Position numbers and translations under genes: made by a program
Notes under the pieces: model-generated
The model's input: only the letters and a program-made list of their open reading frames with translations
What the model was told of the DNA's origin: nothing
Databases searched by the model: none
Shown: positions 12,471 through 23,657 of the stretch, piece after piece
Layout of the letters: every line of letters begins with the position of its first letter
How positions within the stretch are numbered: position 1 is the stretch's first letter
Sequence record: OR906198.1
Length of the DNA: 64,000 bases
Reading direction: 5' to 3' (one strand)
Source of the DNA: Escherichia phage BP32

Positions 12471-14449
12471 TGTGATATAGGCTCCAAATCGATAGTTAAG
12501 TATTGTGGACGTAAATCATTTTCAAATACAATCAGTGAACCATCGCGCGTGAAAATAACATCGTCTATTGGATCAGAATATAGCTCAATAGTCTGAACCT
12601 CAAATTTATCGGATGTTAAATTAATTTTAGCGATATTCCAATAAATCATGTCAGCTGGATAATTTATTTCACCGATAACGTAGTATTTGTCGCGTCCATC
12701 GGAACTTGCTAATTTATTAAAATCATTGCCTGTATATGGCTGAATGTTTTCATTTTCTGTAACATCACCCGAAGCAAATGGACCAATAATAACTTTACCA
12801 ATTCCTTTAGAATCTCGGTCTGTTGATACTATACGAACGTCATATAATACATCTTCTTCTAAGCCAGTATCAGGATTTACAACCTTTCGTCCGGAATTAA
12901 ATGAAAACGTATTAGATTCCATAGAACGATCTTTTATTTGATTATTGTATTTAATACCCGCTTCAGGCGTTTTATAGAAGTTTTGTACTTCACGAACCAT
13001 TTGAATTGTCGCGGATGAGCCAATGATAGAATGATCTGCATCATCTACGTATGTCAACATCTTAGATTTAGCAAAAGATGAGTTAAAAATTTCTACATCT
13101 TCGGTATAATAACGATCAATTTTATCAATTATTTGACCTTCTAGCCACTGTTCTGATTCTTGCAGCTTATTTAAAGCATATGTGACTTTTAAATTAGTCT
13201 TAACAAAAAGATAATTAGGAGAAATAATTGATGGTGTAATAGGAGCTAAATTATAATCTTTGAGATAATTTTTAATATCTTCACGTTGTACAGTAGTTAA
13301 ATATAGTCCTGATTTAGGTTTAGCAGCAATAAATGCATAACCAGGTTTAGTAGAATCAGTGAAAGTCTGAACCGCTTGAATAATAGAACCGAATCTTTCT
13401 GAAACGAATGTATCATAGTCGGTTGCAGTTACGCAGCGTTGCTGGGTTTCGCGTTTAATAGTGCCCAATTCGCGAATACGCTCAATATCTTCTGGATCGC
13501 CGCCGCCATCTGCCCCAACAAAATCTGGGTCATCGTTTGGGTTTTCGTTAATATTGATGACAGTTATATTTGTTAATGTATCTGCGTATGAAAATCCGAC
13601 TGCACCGTTCGCATCTGCACCGTTAGTACTGATATACTCAATAACAATCGTAGAGTTCTGAGTAGGTTTAAGACCTCCAATATAATTAGCGGTCAATGCT
13701 CCTTCTGCCGCGTTAACAGAAATCTCACCTTCACCAAAATAAAATTCAGTATTTCCATCAATAGTTTCACGCATGTAGTAAATTGTTGATGTAGAACCAG
13801 CATGAACCATTGACTTTCTTGTCCAGTTAATCCATTCTGCTCCATCAACGTATAGTTTAACTTGGTTTCTATCTATATTTTTGTCATAAATGATAATAGG
13901 TGTTAATTTATCATAAATGATTTCAGTTCTTACTATACGTCCTTGGGCCAATTTTAAACGTGGAAAATATTGGTTATTTTTATCACGAATAGCAATAACA
14001 TCTTCGGTAGAGACAAAGTTATAAGGATTAACAGAAGTATCCTTTGCATATGCTAAAAAGCGAGTACCGCGAGGAATAGTAATGTAATTTCTATTCAATG
14101 CATCTGTACAAGTTAGCATAATTTCAGTTTGAGCAGCTGATTTTGAAGTAGGTAAATATCCATTATCTTGTGCCGCTTGAACTACTGAACTACGTAAGTT
14201 AGCAGTACGCATAAAGCTTTCATATACGGCAGCATTACCAAACTGCTGAATGTATAATGTATTATAAGCTAAAAGGTCACACAGAACGTTTAATCTTGAG
14301 CCTTCAAAATCATAATCCAAAAATTCATTTTGGCCATTAAGCCATTCAATGAGGTTTTGTTTTATTTCAGCAAATGTACCCCCGACGAATATCTCGGGAA
14401 TAGCATTTGCTGTTCTTGTTAATTGATAATTTACAGGGGTATTTGCCAT
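12467..14449 (-). CDS. 6: gp6 baseplate wedge
   Basis: 660-aa ORF, T4 gp6 length and position. Confidence 0.9.
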   Translation of the reverse strand: MANTPVNYQLTRTANAIPEIFVGGTFAEIKQNLIEWLNGQNEFLDYDFEGSRLNVLCDLLAYNTLYIQQFGNAAVYESFMRTANLRSSVVQAAQDNGYLPTSKSAAQTEIMLTCTDALNRNYITIPRGTRFLAYAKDTSVNPYNFVSTEDVIAIRDKNNQYFPRLKLAQGRIVRTEIIYDKLTPIIIYDKNIDRNQVKLYVDGAEWINWTRKSMVHAGSTSTIYYMRETIDGNTEFYFGEGEISVNAAEGALTANYIGGLKPTQNSTIVIEYISTNGADANGAVGFSYADTLTNITVININENPNDDPDFVGADGGGDPEDIERIRELGTIKRETQQRCVTATDYDTFVSERFGSIIQAVQTFTDSTKPGYAFIAAKPKSGLYLTTVQREDIKNYLKDYNLAPITPSIISPNYLFVKTNLKVTYALNKLQESEQWLEGQIIDKIDRYYTEDVEIFNSSFAKSKMLTYVDDADHSIIGSSATIQMVREVQNFYKTPEAGIKYNNQIKDRSMESNTFSFNSGRKVVNPDTGLEEDVLYDVRIVSTDRDSKGIGKVIIGPFASGDVTENENIQPYTGNDFNKLASSDGRDKYYVIGEINYPADMIYWNIAKINLTSDKFEVQTIELYSDPIDDVIFTRDGSLIVFENDLRPQYLTIDLEPISQ

Positions 14450-14457
14450 TTTAAGTC

Positions 14458-14751
14458 CTATTTAATGAATACTTTAGATGATGCCTGAGCCACAGTATCA
14501 CCGCATGATATTGGATCAGCCATTTGAACAGCTTTCTTTCCAGTGACATATACCTTAGAAGTTCTAGGTTGTGTCACTCCGCCATGTGTTTCGTATGGCT
14601 TTTTAATTTCTGTATGTTCTGTAATTGGATCACCTGCTACGAGAACAGCAATTCCTCCAGTGAATACTTTACTTTGTGTAGCATTCACAACTGTTGGAGG
14701 CCATGCTTCATGGCCAGCAGTAACACACTTATCATAACTTAATCCTGACAT
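14458..14751 (-). CDS. 5.4: gp5.4 PAAR-repeat tip of the baseplate spike
   Basis: 97-aa ORF between 5 and 6, as T4 gp5.4. Confidence 0.85.
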
Positions 14752-15309
14752 TTATTTCCTCTCATACACGTAGCTTCTTAATTTATTAGCCCAACGACTC
14801 CAATTTCCAACTATAGTTTTTGTGTAATTTTTAACAAGGGTTTTTCTTATTGGAGCTGGAGGATCGGTTGGTTCAGTAGTATCAGAAGATGACCTAGAAT
14901 TACTGCCAGAACCTCCAGATTCACTTTGTTCTTGGTAGTCATATATTAATGTTACTTCGTAAGTGAATGTCTTCTGGAGGTTTTGAGGAGCTTTCCATAG
15001 ATATAACTGAGTATTAGAATCAGTTGGAAGGTCTTCCCATGAAGCAGCAGTTTTAAATTCATTATCTAAACGATATTTCAATGCGTCATTTCCAAATCCA
15101 AATACAGATTCATACGTTCCATATAAACGATTTTCTTCTACTAAAACCCCAGGAGTTTCTTCGTAACTAGTTATATTTATAGATACTAACGTTTCACCCG
15201 TTTCTAATTGAGCGGTAAAGGTGACGTCGATAGAAGAACCTTCCATGGATTCTCCTAAATCAGCGCTCATTGGAAGTATATTAGCCAATGTCAATCCTCG
15301 ATCCATCAA
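14752..15309 (-). CDS. 5.1: gp5.1-like protein
   Basis: 185-aa ORF immediately downstream of gene 5; assignment by position only. Confidence 0.6.
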
Positions 15310-17008
15310 TTGTGTATTGACCAGATGAAATAGAACTCATAGATGCCATTTTTTCTGTCCAATCACCACCAACGTCCCAATCAACTGTCCCAGCAACTTT
15401 CCAAGAAAGATTTCCATTTACTGTATTAGTCTGATTTCCTTCAACTAAAGTGGTAGCATCTCCTTTAACTGTAATGTCAGCATTACCTTCAACTACAATA
15501 GTAACATTACCTTTTACTAGGATAGTTCCATTACCTTCAACTGTCTTGGTTTCATCGCCACGCACAAATATTGTGTTGCTTCCATCTATTTGGTGAAGAC
15601 GATTATCCATGTTGTAATAAATTTCTGATCCACCGACGTTAGTCTTTTTATCGCCGGCTACCAAAAAATTACCATCAGCATTTGTTATATCATACAAATT
15701 ATCAACAGTTTTTCTTGTTCTTCTTCCTGATGGTGATACTTCCTCATACGTTCCAGTCGGATGAACTAATCTGTATCGCTCTTGCCCAGGGGTATCATCA
15801 AATTCCTGAATATGACCGCTTTCAGTTTCCATTGTGTGAACATACGGATACTCACCTTTATATGAAGAAACAGGTTCTTTGAATAAAATTCTCGAATCAT
15901 TCGGAATAGGAGGGTCAGCCGGGTCAGAAGACTTTGCTACAGTAGCAGCCATTGCAGACAAAGACCTAGCTGGCGTTTTCACTTCAATACCGTATGATTC
16001 CAAATTGCCTGTAAGAATAATCATGGTAACACGGGATGCACGGCCTTTTGTTTGTTGATACCACAATGAATCACGACCGGCTTTATATGCTTTTTCCCAA
16101 TCTCCGGCTAACATAGCAGTTAACATTGTGTTAAATTTAGCTACACCGCCAACACCCATCTGAAATGCCATATTTTCTAATGCCATTTGACGAGAACGAT
16201 TAACTGCTTTCCAAACTGGGCCAACTTTAGAATGTGATTTAATGTCACGTTGCATATCAGCTAAATCACGTTCAAATAAAGTTACCGCTTCTTCCATTGT
16301 AATAGAACCTGGATTTCCGGTAATTTCACGACCAACTTGTTTTGATAAAACTTTATTAATTTGGGCCATATCACGAACTGGCTGCTTCATGATAAGATGA
16401 CCAATACCAATTGTCGGATATCCTTCTGTATCCCAATAAACTTTTAGTCTTAATCCTTCATCACGGCGAAGCATTTCAGCCATTGACATATTTGGATTAT
16501 CATCAGTTGGAATTTCTGATAATGGTCTATCATCAGGATTTATCGCAGTGTCTAGATTGCTATCTTGGATAATATTAGAAGACGAATCATATCCTACTTC
16601 TCCGCCTTGGTTTAATACGTTAGTATCATTTCCTAGACGTCTAGGATACTGCCCAGTTGGGTCAGAAAATCCTTCAAGTCTATTAGGTTTTTCGCGAACT
16701 ATCCCACCATACGTGCCAAGGACAATTCCGTTAGTTTTCCATTTGTCTAAAAAATGACCATATACTCTAGTTCCTTCTACTGGCCCTGTAACAGAACCTC
16801 CAATTCCAGACATTGCTGCAGAAGTTATCGGTTGAATAACTGACATCCATGGCAATTTATCGGTTGGAATACCCATTACATCGCCTTGTGCTCTTTGGGG
16901 TGGATGCAGACCAACCACACGAACACGAACACGACCTAATTTTAATGGGTCCATTCTATCTTCAACAACACCAACAAACCAGTTGAGGTTATTACTTATC
17001 ATTTCCAT
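15281..17008 (-). CDS. 5: gp5 baseplate hub / tail lysozyme / cell-puncturing spike
   Basis: 575 aa; central lysozyme domain (LRLKVYWDTEGYPTIGIGHL) and C-terminal VEGN-type beta-helix repeats. Confidence 0.95.
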   Translation of the reverse strand: MEMISNNLNWFVGVVEDRMDPLKLGRVRVRVVGLHPPQRAQGDVMGIPTDKLPWMSVIQPITSAAMSGIGGSVTGPVEGTRVYGHFLDKWKTNGIVLGTYGGIVREKPNRLEGFSDPTGQYPRRLGNDTNVLNQGGEVGYDSSSNIIQDSNLDTAINPDDRPLSEIPTDDNPNMSMAEMLRRDEGLRLKVYWDTEGYPTIGIGHLIMKQPVRDMAQINKVLSKQVGREITGNPGSITMEEAVTLFERDLADMQRDIKSHSKVGPVWKAVNRSRQMALENMAFQMGVGGVAKFNTMLTAMLAGDWEKAYKAGRDSLWYQQTKGRASRVTMIILTGNLESYGIEVKTPARSLSAMAATVAKSSDPADPPIPNDSRILFKEPVSSYKGEYPYVHTMETESGHIQEFDDTPGQERYRLVHPTGTYEEVSPSGRRTRKTVDNLYDITNADGNFLVAGDKKTNVGGSEIYYNMDNRLHQIDGSNTIFVRGDETKTVEGNGTILVKGNVTIVVEGNADITVKGDATTLVEGNQTNTVNGNLSWKVAGTVDWDVGGDWTEKMASMSSISSGQYTIDGSRIDIG

Positions 17009-17582
17009 AAGATTTCTCCATTATACGTATAAGGTCGTTCATAAATGAATTGATGTCTGATTTTGCTATTATTTTTATTTGACGAAGTTTTTCATTTTCA
17101 AGAACAGCAGCTTCATACGTATCGACCGCAGCAAGTGCTCCTTCGTATTGAGGATATTTTCTAGCTTTATCGCCTTTATCATACCAAACATATGGATTAT
17201 CATCGTATGATATTAAATTATAAAATTTTTCACCATTCTCATTCACGTGATATACTATTTGGTCTCCACCTACATTTTTGTATTTTTGTATAGATGCTTG
17301 ATAAGCAGCTTCTTGCGAAGTAATCCATCCATAATACGGATCATAATTATCATTACACATCAATAAAACCCAATACAACTGTGGATTTCCATATATAGCA
17401 TTTGCTAATTCTTCCGGGCGTGGTGAACCTTTAATATAATAAGTACGTAAACGGTATCCCGCAAGAGCGCGTTTGAAATAGTCTTTATAGTTTCTAAAAA
17501 TATCTGTCATAGGAATAGTCGGCGCGTTTTTATTCACCGTTTTGGCCGCATATTCAATCGGATCAAAAAATGTAAAGAGCAT
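16992..17582 (-). CDS. 53: gp53 baseplate wedge
   Basis: 196-aa ORF upstream of gene 5, T4 length and order. Confidence 0.9.
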   Translation of the reverse strand: MLFTFFDPIEYAAKTVNKNAPTIPMTDIFRNYKDYFKRALAGYRLRTYYIKGSPRPEELANAIYGNPQLYWVLLMCNDNYDPYYGWITSQEAAYQASIQKYKNVGGDQIVYHVNENGEKFYNLISYDDNPYVWYDKGDKARKYPQYEGALAAVDTYEAAVLENEKLRQIKIIAKSDINSFMNDLIRIMEKSYGNDK

Positions 17583-17595
17583 GGGCCCTCCTGTT

Positions 17596-17603
17596 TATAA
17601 ATA
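17596..17603 (+). promoter_or_regulatory. late promoter (TATAAATA) for genes 4-2-3
   Basis: exact TATAAATA 27 nt upstream of gene 4 ATG. Confidence 0.55.
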
Positions 17604-17610
17604 TATTATC

Positions 17611-17618
17611 TATTTATA
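17611..17618 (-). promoter_or_regulatory. late promoter (TATAAATA) for gene 53
   Basis: TATAAATA on minus strand about 30 nt upstream of gene 53 ATG; divergent partner of the plus-strand box. Confidence 0.55.
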
Positions 17619-17629
17619 AGGAGAATCCA

Positions 17630-18082
17630 ATGGCATATTCTGGAAAATGGGTTCCTAAAAATATATCAAAATATAGAGGTGACCCTAAAAAAATTACGTA
17701 TAGATCAAATTGGGAAAAATTCTTTTTTGAATGGTTAGATAAAAATCCAGAAATTATTGCATGGGGTAGTGAAACAGCAGTAATTCCTTATTTTTGTAAT
17801 GCAGAAGGGAAAAAACGTAGATACTTCATGGATATTTGGATGAAAGATTCTTCTGGACAAGAATTTTTTATTGAAATAAAACCTAAAAAAGAAACACAAC
17901 CGCCGGTTAAACCAGCACATCTAACAACCGCAGCGAAGAAAAGATTTATGAATGAAATTTATACATATTCCGTTAATACCGACAAATGGAAAGCAGCACA
18001 ATCGTTAGCTGAAAAGCGTGGAATAAAATTTAGAATTCTAACAGAAGATGGATTACGAGCTCTTGGCTTTAAGGGGGCATAA
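17630..18082 (+). CDS. 4: gp4 head completion protein
   Basis: 150-aa ORF divergent from 53, T4 length and position. Confidence 0.85.
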   Translation: MAYSGKWVPKNISKYRGDPKKITYRSNWEKFFFEWLDKNPEIIAWGSETAVIPYFCNAEGKKRRYFMDIWMKDSSGQEFFIEIKPKKETQPPVKPAHLTTAAKKRFMNEIYTYSVNTDKWKAAQSLAEKRGIKFRILTEDGLRALGFKGA

Positions 18083-18906
18083 TGGCTATTTTTCAAATAA
18101 TTAATGAAAGCACTCCCCAAGTTCCAAAGGTTAAACAATCATTAAACGAAAAGAAATGGATTCAGATAGGTCTTGAATACAAAAAGGCCAAAGCAAAAGG
18201 AATGACAGGAAAGCAATTTGCTGAAGAAAGAGGAATCAAATACTCTACGTTTACTTCGGCAATGTCAAAATATGCTTCAGGAATTAAAACAGCTGAAAAG
18301 ATTCAAAAGCTTGAATCAAAACCAATGAATAAACTCAATAAGCAAGAAAGACAACTGCTTATGATAAATTCATTCAGACAAACATTGCGTGATAAAATTC
18401 GTAATGAAGGTGCAGCAATTAATAATAAAACCAGAAAGTGGTTTGCTGAAACTATTAAACAGGTAAAAGGACATAAAGTTGTTCGCCCGCAGCCGGGACG
18501 AATATATGCTTTTGCTTATGATGCTAAACACAAAGAAACTCTTCCTTATTGGGATAAATTTCCTTTGATAATTTATCTTGGTTTAGGTAAACATAATTTA
18601 ATGTACGGATTGAACTTGCACTATATTCCACCTAAAGCTCGTCAGCAATTTCTAGAAGAGCTTTTAAAGCAATATTCAAATACACCTACTATTACTAATA
18701 AAACGAAATTGAAAATTGATTGGAGTCAAGTGAAAGGATTTAGGGGTGCAGATCAAATGATTAAGGCATATATACCTGGTAATATTATGGGTAGCCTTGT
18801 TGAAATCGCCCCGAAAGACTGGGCGAACGTTGTGTTAATGCCACTTCAGCAGTTCGTTTCAAAAGGAAAACGTTTCTCTGCAAACAAAGTCTGGTCAAAT
18901 ATCTAA
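18082..18906 (+). CDS. 2: gp2 DNA end protector
   Basis: 274-aa ORF, ATGA-coupled to gene 4, T4 length and order. Confidence 0.85.
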   Translation: MAIFQIINESTPQVPKVKQSLNEKKWIQIGLEYKKAKAKGMTGKQFAEERGIKYSTFTSAMSKYASGIKTAEKIQKLESKPMNKLNKQERQLLMINSFRQTLRDKIRNEGAAINNKTRKWFAETIKQVKGHKVVRPQPGRIYAFAYDAKHKETLPYWDKFPLIIYLGLGKHNLMYGLNLHYIPPKARQQFLEELLKQYSNTPTITNKTKLKIDWSQVKGFRGADQMIKAYIPGNIMGSLVEIAPKDWANVVLMPLQQFVSKGKRFSANKVWSNI

Positions 18907-19012
18907 TTCTATTATCTTCCATTCTTTTCTATTGTTTGTTCTAATTGGAATTGAATGGAAGGGACTTAGACCCATTATACCACCAACATTTATAAAGCAT
19001 TATGAGGAATAT

Positions 19013-19543
19013 ATGTCGCAAGCACTACAGCAAATTTTTAACCAAGCAAATACAACTAACTTTGTAGTATCAATACCACATAGTAATACTACATCTGCTT
19101 TTACTTTAAATGCTCAGTCAGTTCCTATTCCGGGAATTAGGATACCTGTTACTGATACCGTGACTGGGCCGTTTGGACTAGGCCGAGCACAACGTCCAGG
19201 TGTTACATTTGAGTACGATCCACTCATCGTGAGATTTATAGTTGATGAAGAACTTAAGTCGTGGATAGGAATGTATGAATGGATGCTAGGAACTAGTAAC
19301 TATCTTACAGGCGAAAATACTGCCCAAAAAACAGGTCCTGAATACATTACGCTTTACATTTTAGATAATAGTAAAACTGAAATCGTGATGTCAATAAATT
19401 TTTATAAGCCTTGGGTTTCTGACTTGTCTGAAGTAGAATTTAGCTACACGGAAGATTCAGACCCAGCTTTAGTATGTACAGCAACGATTCCTTATACGTA
19501 TTTTCAAGTAGAAAAAGATGGTAAAATTATAGCAGAAGTTTAA
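19013..19543 (+). CDS. 3: gp3 tail completion / sheath stabilizer
   Basis: ORF 18932-19543; start placed at ATG 19013 (MSQALQQ...) behind GAGGAA RBS, giving the T4-like 176 aa. Confidence 0.8.
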   Translation: MSQALQQIFNQANTTNFVVSIPHSNTTSAFTLNAQSVPIPGIRIPVTDTVTGPFGLGRAQRPGVTFEYDPLIVRFIVDEELKSWIGMYEWMLGTSNYLTGENTAQKTGPEYITLYILDNSKTEIVMSINFYKPWVSDLSEVEFSYTEDSDPALVCTATIPYTYFQVEKDGKIIAEV

Positions 19544-19567
19544 TGCTTCAGTTTCATGTGTTATAAT
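19541..19567 (+). promoter_or_regulatory. candidate MotA-dependent middle promoter for gene 1
   Basis: MotA box taaTGCTTcA at 19541-19550, then TATAAT at 19562-19567 after 11 nt. Confidence 0.4.
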
Positions 19568-19592
19568 CTTAACTAAATTTGAGGAGAAACAT

Positions 19593-20317
19593 ATGAAACT
19601 AATCTTTTTAAGTGGTGTAAAGCGTAGTGGAAAAGATACTACTGCAGATTTTATCATGAATAATTATTCTGCAGTTAAATATCAACTTGCTGGTCCTATT
19701 AAGGATGCATTGGCTTATGCGTGGGGTGTATTTGCAGCAAACACTGACTATCCTTGCTTAACTCGCAAAGAGTTTGAAGGAATTGACTATGATCGTGAGA
19801 CTAATTTAAATCTGACTAAATCAGAAGTAATCACGATTATGGAACAAGCATTTTGCTATCTTAACGGTAAAAGCCCAATTAAGGGTGTGTGTGTTTTTGA
19901 GGACGAAGGACAAGAATCAGTTGATTCCGTAGCATGTAACAAGATTATTGACGTTATAAATAATATTGAAGATCAATGGTCAGTCCGTCGTCTGATGCAA
20001 GCCCTAGGTACGGATTTGATTGTTAATAACTTCGACCGCATGTATTGGGTAAAATTATTTGCTTTAGATTATCTTGATAAATTTAATTCAGGTTATGATT
20101 ATTATATCGTTCCTGATACTCGTCAAGATCATGAAATGGATGCGGCTAGGGCGATGGGTGCTACAGTAATTCATGTAGTTCGTCCTGGTCAAAAATCCAA
20201 TGATACTCATATTACAGAAGCTGGATTGCCAATTCGTGATGGCGATTTAGTAATTACAAACGATGGTTCTCTTGAAGAACTTTTTTCTAAAATTAAAAAT
20301 ACACTAAAGGTACTATA

Positions 20318-20318
<1 letters not shown>
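19593..20318 (+). CDS. 1: gp1 deoxynucleoside monophosphate kinase
   Basis: 241 aa; N-terminal P-loop GVKRSGKDT; T4 length and position. Confidence 0.9.
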
Positions 20319-21016
<698 letters not shown>

Positions 21017-21023
<7 letters not shown>

Positions 21024-21045
21024 GTTGATGAGGTAGTGATACTAT
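21017..21045 (+). promoter_or_regulatory. T4-type early promoter
   Basis: -35 TTTACA (21017-22), 17-bp spacer, -10 TACTAT (21040-45). Confidence 0.65.
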
Positions 21046-21075
21046 TATCTCATCAAAATTAATTAGGAAAATAAA

Positions 21076-21333
21076 ATGAAAACTTTCAAAGAGTTTGCTA
21101 CAAAAACTACTATCACTGAATCTTCTCACGGTATGGAAGTAAAGCTTGGAATGGCTTTAGCTGAAGCTGAGCGTCTTTTCTCTCGTATTAAAGAACTTGC
21201 TGCTGCAGTCGATCCTTCATCTTTTAAAGGAGACCAAACTAAAGTTAAAGCGCTTTTAGCATTATGCTCTGATGCAGGCGAAATCGCTAAGAACGGTTCT
21301 AAGATGAAGAAACGATTAGAAGATTTAAAATAA
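21076..21333 (+). CDS. internal-protein-like ORF at ipI locus
   Basis: 85 aa; N-terminus MKTFKEFATKTTITE resembles the capsid-targeting leader of T4 internal proteins with an I-x-E prohead-protease site; located after 57B. Confidence 0.6.
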   Translation: MKTFKEFATKTTITESSHGMEVKLGMALAEAERLFSRIKELAAAVDPSSFKGDQTKVKALLALCSDAGEIAKNGSKMKKRLEDLK

Positions 21334-21353
21334 TTTCACAAAGTTGTTTACAT
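21318..21353 (+). repeat. direct repeat copy B
   Basis: second copy of the 36-bp element, spanning the stop of the ip-like gene and the next early promoter. Confidence 0.7.
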
Positions 21354-21375
21354 AGGGTTTTAGTTGTGATACTAT
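21347..21375 (+). promoter_or_regulatory. T4-type early promoter
   Basis: -35 TTTACA (21347-52), 17-bp spacer, -10 TACTAT (21370-75). Confidence 0.65.
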
Positions 21376-21403
21376 TACCCTATCAACTACTGAGGAGAAT
21401 AAA

Positions 21404-21589
21404 ATGAAACGTTGTGAATTAATTCGAAATGTTGCTATTGCAATTTCTGCTTCTGCTTTTAGTTTTTCAATGTTTGTTGGATTTATATGCGGATTATTGA
21501 CTACAGCAGAAAATGTGTTTTCACTTGTAGTAGCATTTTTAATTGGTTTAATCGCTATTGTTATGGATAAAATTTCTAAAGGTGAATAA
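21404..21589 (+). CDS. small hydrophobic (membrane) protein
   Basis: 61-aa ORF behind GAGGAGAAT RBS; two predicted TM stretches. Confidence 0.55.
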   Translation: MKRCELIRNVAIAISASAFSFSMFVGFICGLLTTAENVFSLVVAFLIGLIAIVMDKISKGE

Positions 21590-22000
21590 ATGAGTATTAA
21601 CGAATATTATGTTTATGCTGGGGATTATGCAAATCCTTCTCATTTTGAAGGTAATTTAATACCTGATAAAGTTTTTAATACTCCTTTTGAAGCGTGGAGT
21701 TGGATTGAAAGCAAAAATGGATTTTCTTACCGTTATGTTGAAGTAACTGATTGGAGAGGAACTAAATATCCTAAAGACCGTTATTACGTAAATCCATCTA
21801 AGGTAAATTTTCTTTTATTCGCAGGTGATAATTATTATCCTTGTGGTGGATATGATGATTTAATTGCGTATGCTGAAACAGAAGATAAACTGCGTGATAT
21901 CATTAAAGAAAATGAAAATAAACCAGAGTATGGTTCCAATCGTTTCGACTGGTGGCAAATCGTAAATGCTCATACTCATGCTATTGTTGATAGAGGTTAA
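21590..22000 (+). CDS. hypothetical early protein
   Basis: 136-aa ORF, ATGA-coupled to the preceding gene. Confidence 0.6.
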   Translation: MSINEYYVYAGDYANPSHFEGNLIPDKVFNTPFEAWSWIESKNGFSYRYVEVTDWRGTKYPKDRYYVNPSKVNFLLFAGDNYYPCGGYDDLIAYAETEDKLRDIIKENENKPEYGSNRFDWWQIVNAHTHAIVDRG

Positions 22001-22002
22001 TA

Positions 22003-22290
22003 GTGATTCTTTATGCGAAAGTATCGTCCATTGAAAATGGATATAAATATGATCAAGAAGCAGTTAAAGCCTTGATTGATGATTATGGCATTTTAACGTG
22101 TTTTGAAGTTGAAAAGGTTTACATTGACCGTTCATCTTCTCAGGTTAAATTAGTAAAGGAAGACCGTAAATTTAACACAGTTAACTTTGATTTCTTTATT
22201 GAAACAGAAAAAGGTCCTCTTGAATATGATATTTTCAAGAATCCTTTGGGTCTTGAATGCATCGTAAATATGTATCATCATAAATGGTAA
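22003..22290 (+). CDS. hypothetical early protein
   Basis: 95-aa ORF, tightly packed after previous gene. Confidence 0.6.
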   Translation: MILYAKVSSIENGYKYDQEAVKALIDDYGILTCFEVEKVYIDRSSSQVKLVKEDRKFNTVNFDFFIETEKGPLEYDIFKNPLGLECIVNMYHHKW

Positions 22291-22318
22291 ATATGCTTTA
22301 AGAATTATTTGTTATTAT
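22291..22318 (+). promoter_or_regulatory. candidate MotA-dependent middle promoter
   Basis: MotA box ataTGCTTtA (22291-22300), TATTAT 12 nt downstream. Confidence 0.35.
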
Positions 22319-22400
22319 TAACTCATATCGCACTGATTAATACCCTCTATCATCAAGGGTTCTTGTTAGAGAGCCTTTGTTAATAATTGGGAATTATATT

Positions 22401-23009
22401 ATGGATACTAAATTAGCTGAAATTTTTGAAGGAAAACATCCAAATTTTAGTACAGGAAAGCTGAAAGACAAAATAATAAAAGAAAATATTTTTCCATATG
22501 AGTGTGCAATTTGTAAAATTTCAAAATGGCAAAATAAGCATATTGTTCTGCAATTAGACCATATTGATGGAAATAACAAAAATCATCTTAAATCAAATTT
22601 AAGATTATTATGTCCAAATTGCCATTCGCAAACTGATACTTTTGCTGGTAAAAATATTAAAAATAATAAAAAGCGTTATAATGTTAGTGATGAAGAAATT
22701 TTAAACGCACTATTAAATTCGGCTACTATATCATCTGCAATTACTTCATTAGGTTTAAGTAAAGGCGGAAACTATAAAAGATTCATTAAAATTGCTAATG
22801 ATAATAAATTATATCATTTACTGGTAAATATTAATGAAAAGATTTTAACTGATGAAATTTACGAAGAATTAGTTAAAATCGATTATTCTAAATTTGGATG
22901 GGTTAGTAAAGCTGCTAAAATAATAGGTATAAGCCCACAAAAAGCTAGAAAATGGATAGAACGAAAGTGCCCAGAATTGATAGAACAATCTTTTTCACGT
23001 AATAAATAA
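22401..23009 (+). CDS. HNH homing endonuclease-like protein
   Basis: HNH motif LDHIDGNNKNHLKSNLRLLCPNCH; ORF track starts at TTG 22377, first ATG at 22401; ends 7 nt before tRNA-Leu. Confidence 0.75.
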   Translation: MDTKLAEIFEGKHPNFSTGKLKDKIIKENIFPYECAICKISKWQNKHIVLQLDHIDGNNKNHLKSNLRLLCPNCHSQTDTFAGKNIKNNKKRYNVSDEEILNALLNSATISSAITSLGLSKGGNYKRFIKIANDNKLYHLLVNINEKILTDEIYEELVKIDYSKFGWVSKAAKIIGISPQKARKWIERKCPELIEQSFSRNK

Positions 23010-23015
23010 TATAGA

Positions 23016-23102
23016 GCGAGAATGGTCAAATTGGTAAAGGCACAGCACTTAAAATGCTGCGGAATGATTTCCTTGTGGGTTCGAGTCCCACTTCTCGCAC
23101 CA
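23016..23102 (+). tRNA. tRNA-Leu (anticodon UAA)
   Basis: 7-bp acceptor GCGAGAA/TTCTCGC, anticodon loop cuUAAaa, long variable arm, T-arm GGTTCGAGTCC, encoded CCA. Confidence 0.85.
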
Positions 23103-23107
23103 AATTT

Positions 23108-23181
<74 letters not shown>

Positions 23182-23191
23182 ATTTAATTTA

Positions 23192-23265
23192 CTCCGTGTA
23201 GCTCAGTTTGGTAGAGCGCCTGATTTGGGATCAGGAGGTCCAAGGTTCAAATCCTTGTATGGAGA
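23192..23265 (+). tRNA. tRNA-Pro (anticodon UGG), no encoded CCA
   Basis: anticodon loop uuUGGga, T-arm AAGGTTCAAATCCTT; 3' end lacks CCA; 2-nt spacer to tRNA-Ser. Confidence 0.8.
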
Positions 23266-23267
23266 CT

Positions 23268-23354
23268 GGAGGCGTGGCAGAGTGGTTTAATGCACCGGTC
23301 TTGAAAACCGGCAGTCGCTCCGGCGACTCATAGGTTCAAATCCTATCGCCTCCG
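23268..23354 (+). tRNA. tRNA-Ser (anticodon UGA), no encoded CCA
   Basis: acceptor GGAGGCG/CGCCTCC, anticodon loop cuUGAaa, long variable arm, no CCA. Confidence 0.8.
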
Positions 23355-23361
23355 TAATTTC

Positions 23362-23437
23362 GCTGATTTAGCTCAGTAGGTAGAGCAACTCACTTGTAAT
23401 GAGAAGGTCGGCGGTTCGATTCCGTCAATCAGCACCA
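23362..23437 (+). tRNA. tRNA-Thr (anticodon UGU)
   Basis: acceptor GCTGATT/AATCAGC, anticodon loop cuUGUaa, T-arm GGTTCGATTCC, encoded CCA. Confidence 0.85.
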
Positions 23438-23438
23438 A

Positions 23439-23515
23439 GGCCCTGTAGCTCAATGGTTAGCAGCAGTCCCCTCATAAGGGAAAGGTTACCAGTTCAAATC
23501 TGGTCTGGGTCACCA
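23439..23515 (+). tRNA. tRNA-Ile (anticodon CAU; Met alternative)
   Basis: anticodon loop cuCAUaa, T-arm CAGTTCAAATCTG, encoded CCA; one U-U mismatch in acceptor stem. Confidence 0.7.
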
Positions 23516-23524
23516 AATTAATTA

Positions 23525-23611
23525 GGGGAGTTATCCCGTAGAGGTAGCGGTGTGGACTGTAAATCCATTGTCATTGCGACTCGGGTGGTTCGACTCCACC
23601 ACTCCCCACCA
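23525..23611 (+). tRNA. tRNA-Tyr (anticodon GUA)
   Basis: acceptor GGGGAGT/ACTCCCC, anticodon loop ACTGTAAAT as in bacterial tRNA-Tyr, long variable arm, encoded CCA. Confidence 0.8.
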
Positions 23612-23657
23612 ATTTATGACTCGTCGTGAGACGCTCAGTTCTTTATTAGGGACTGAT

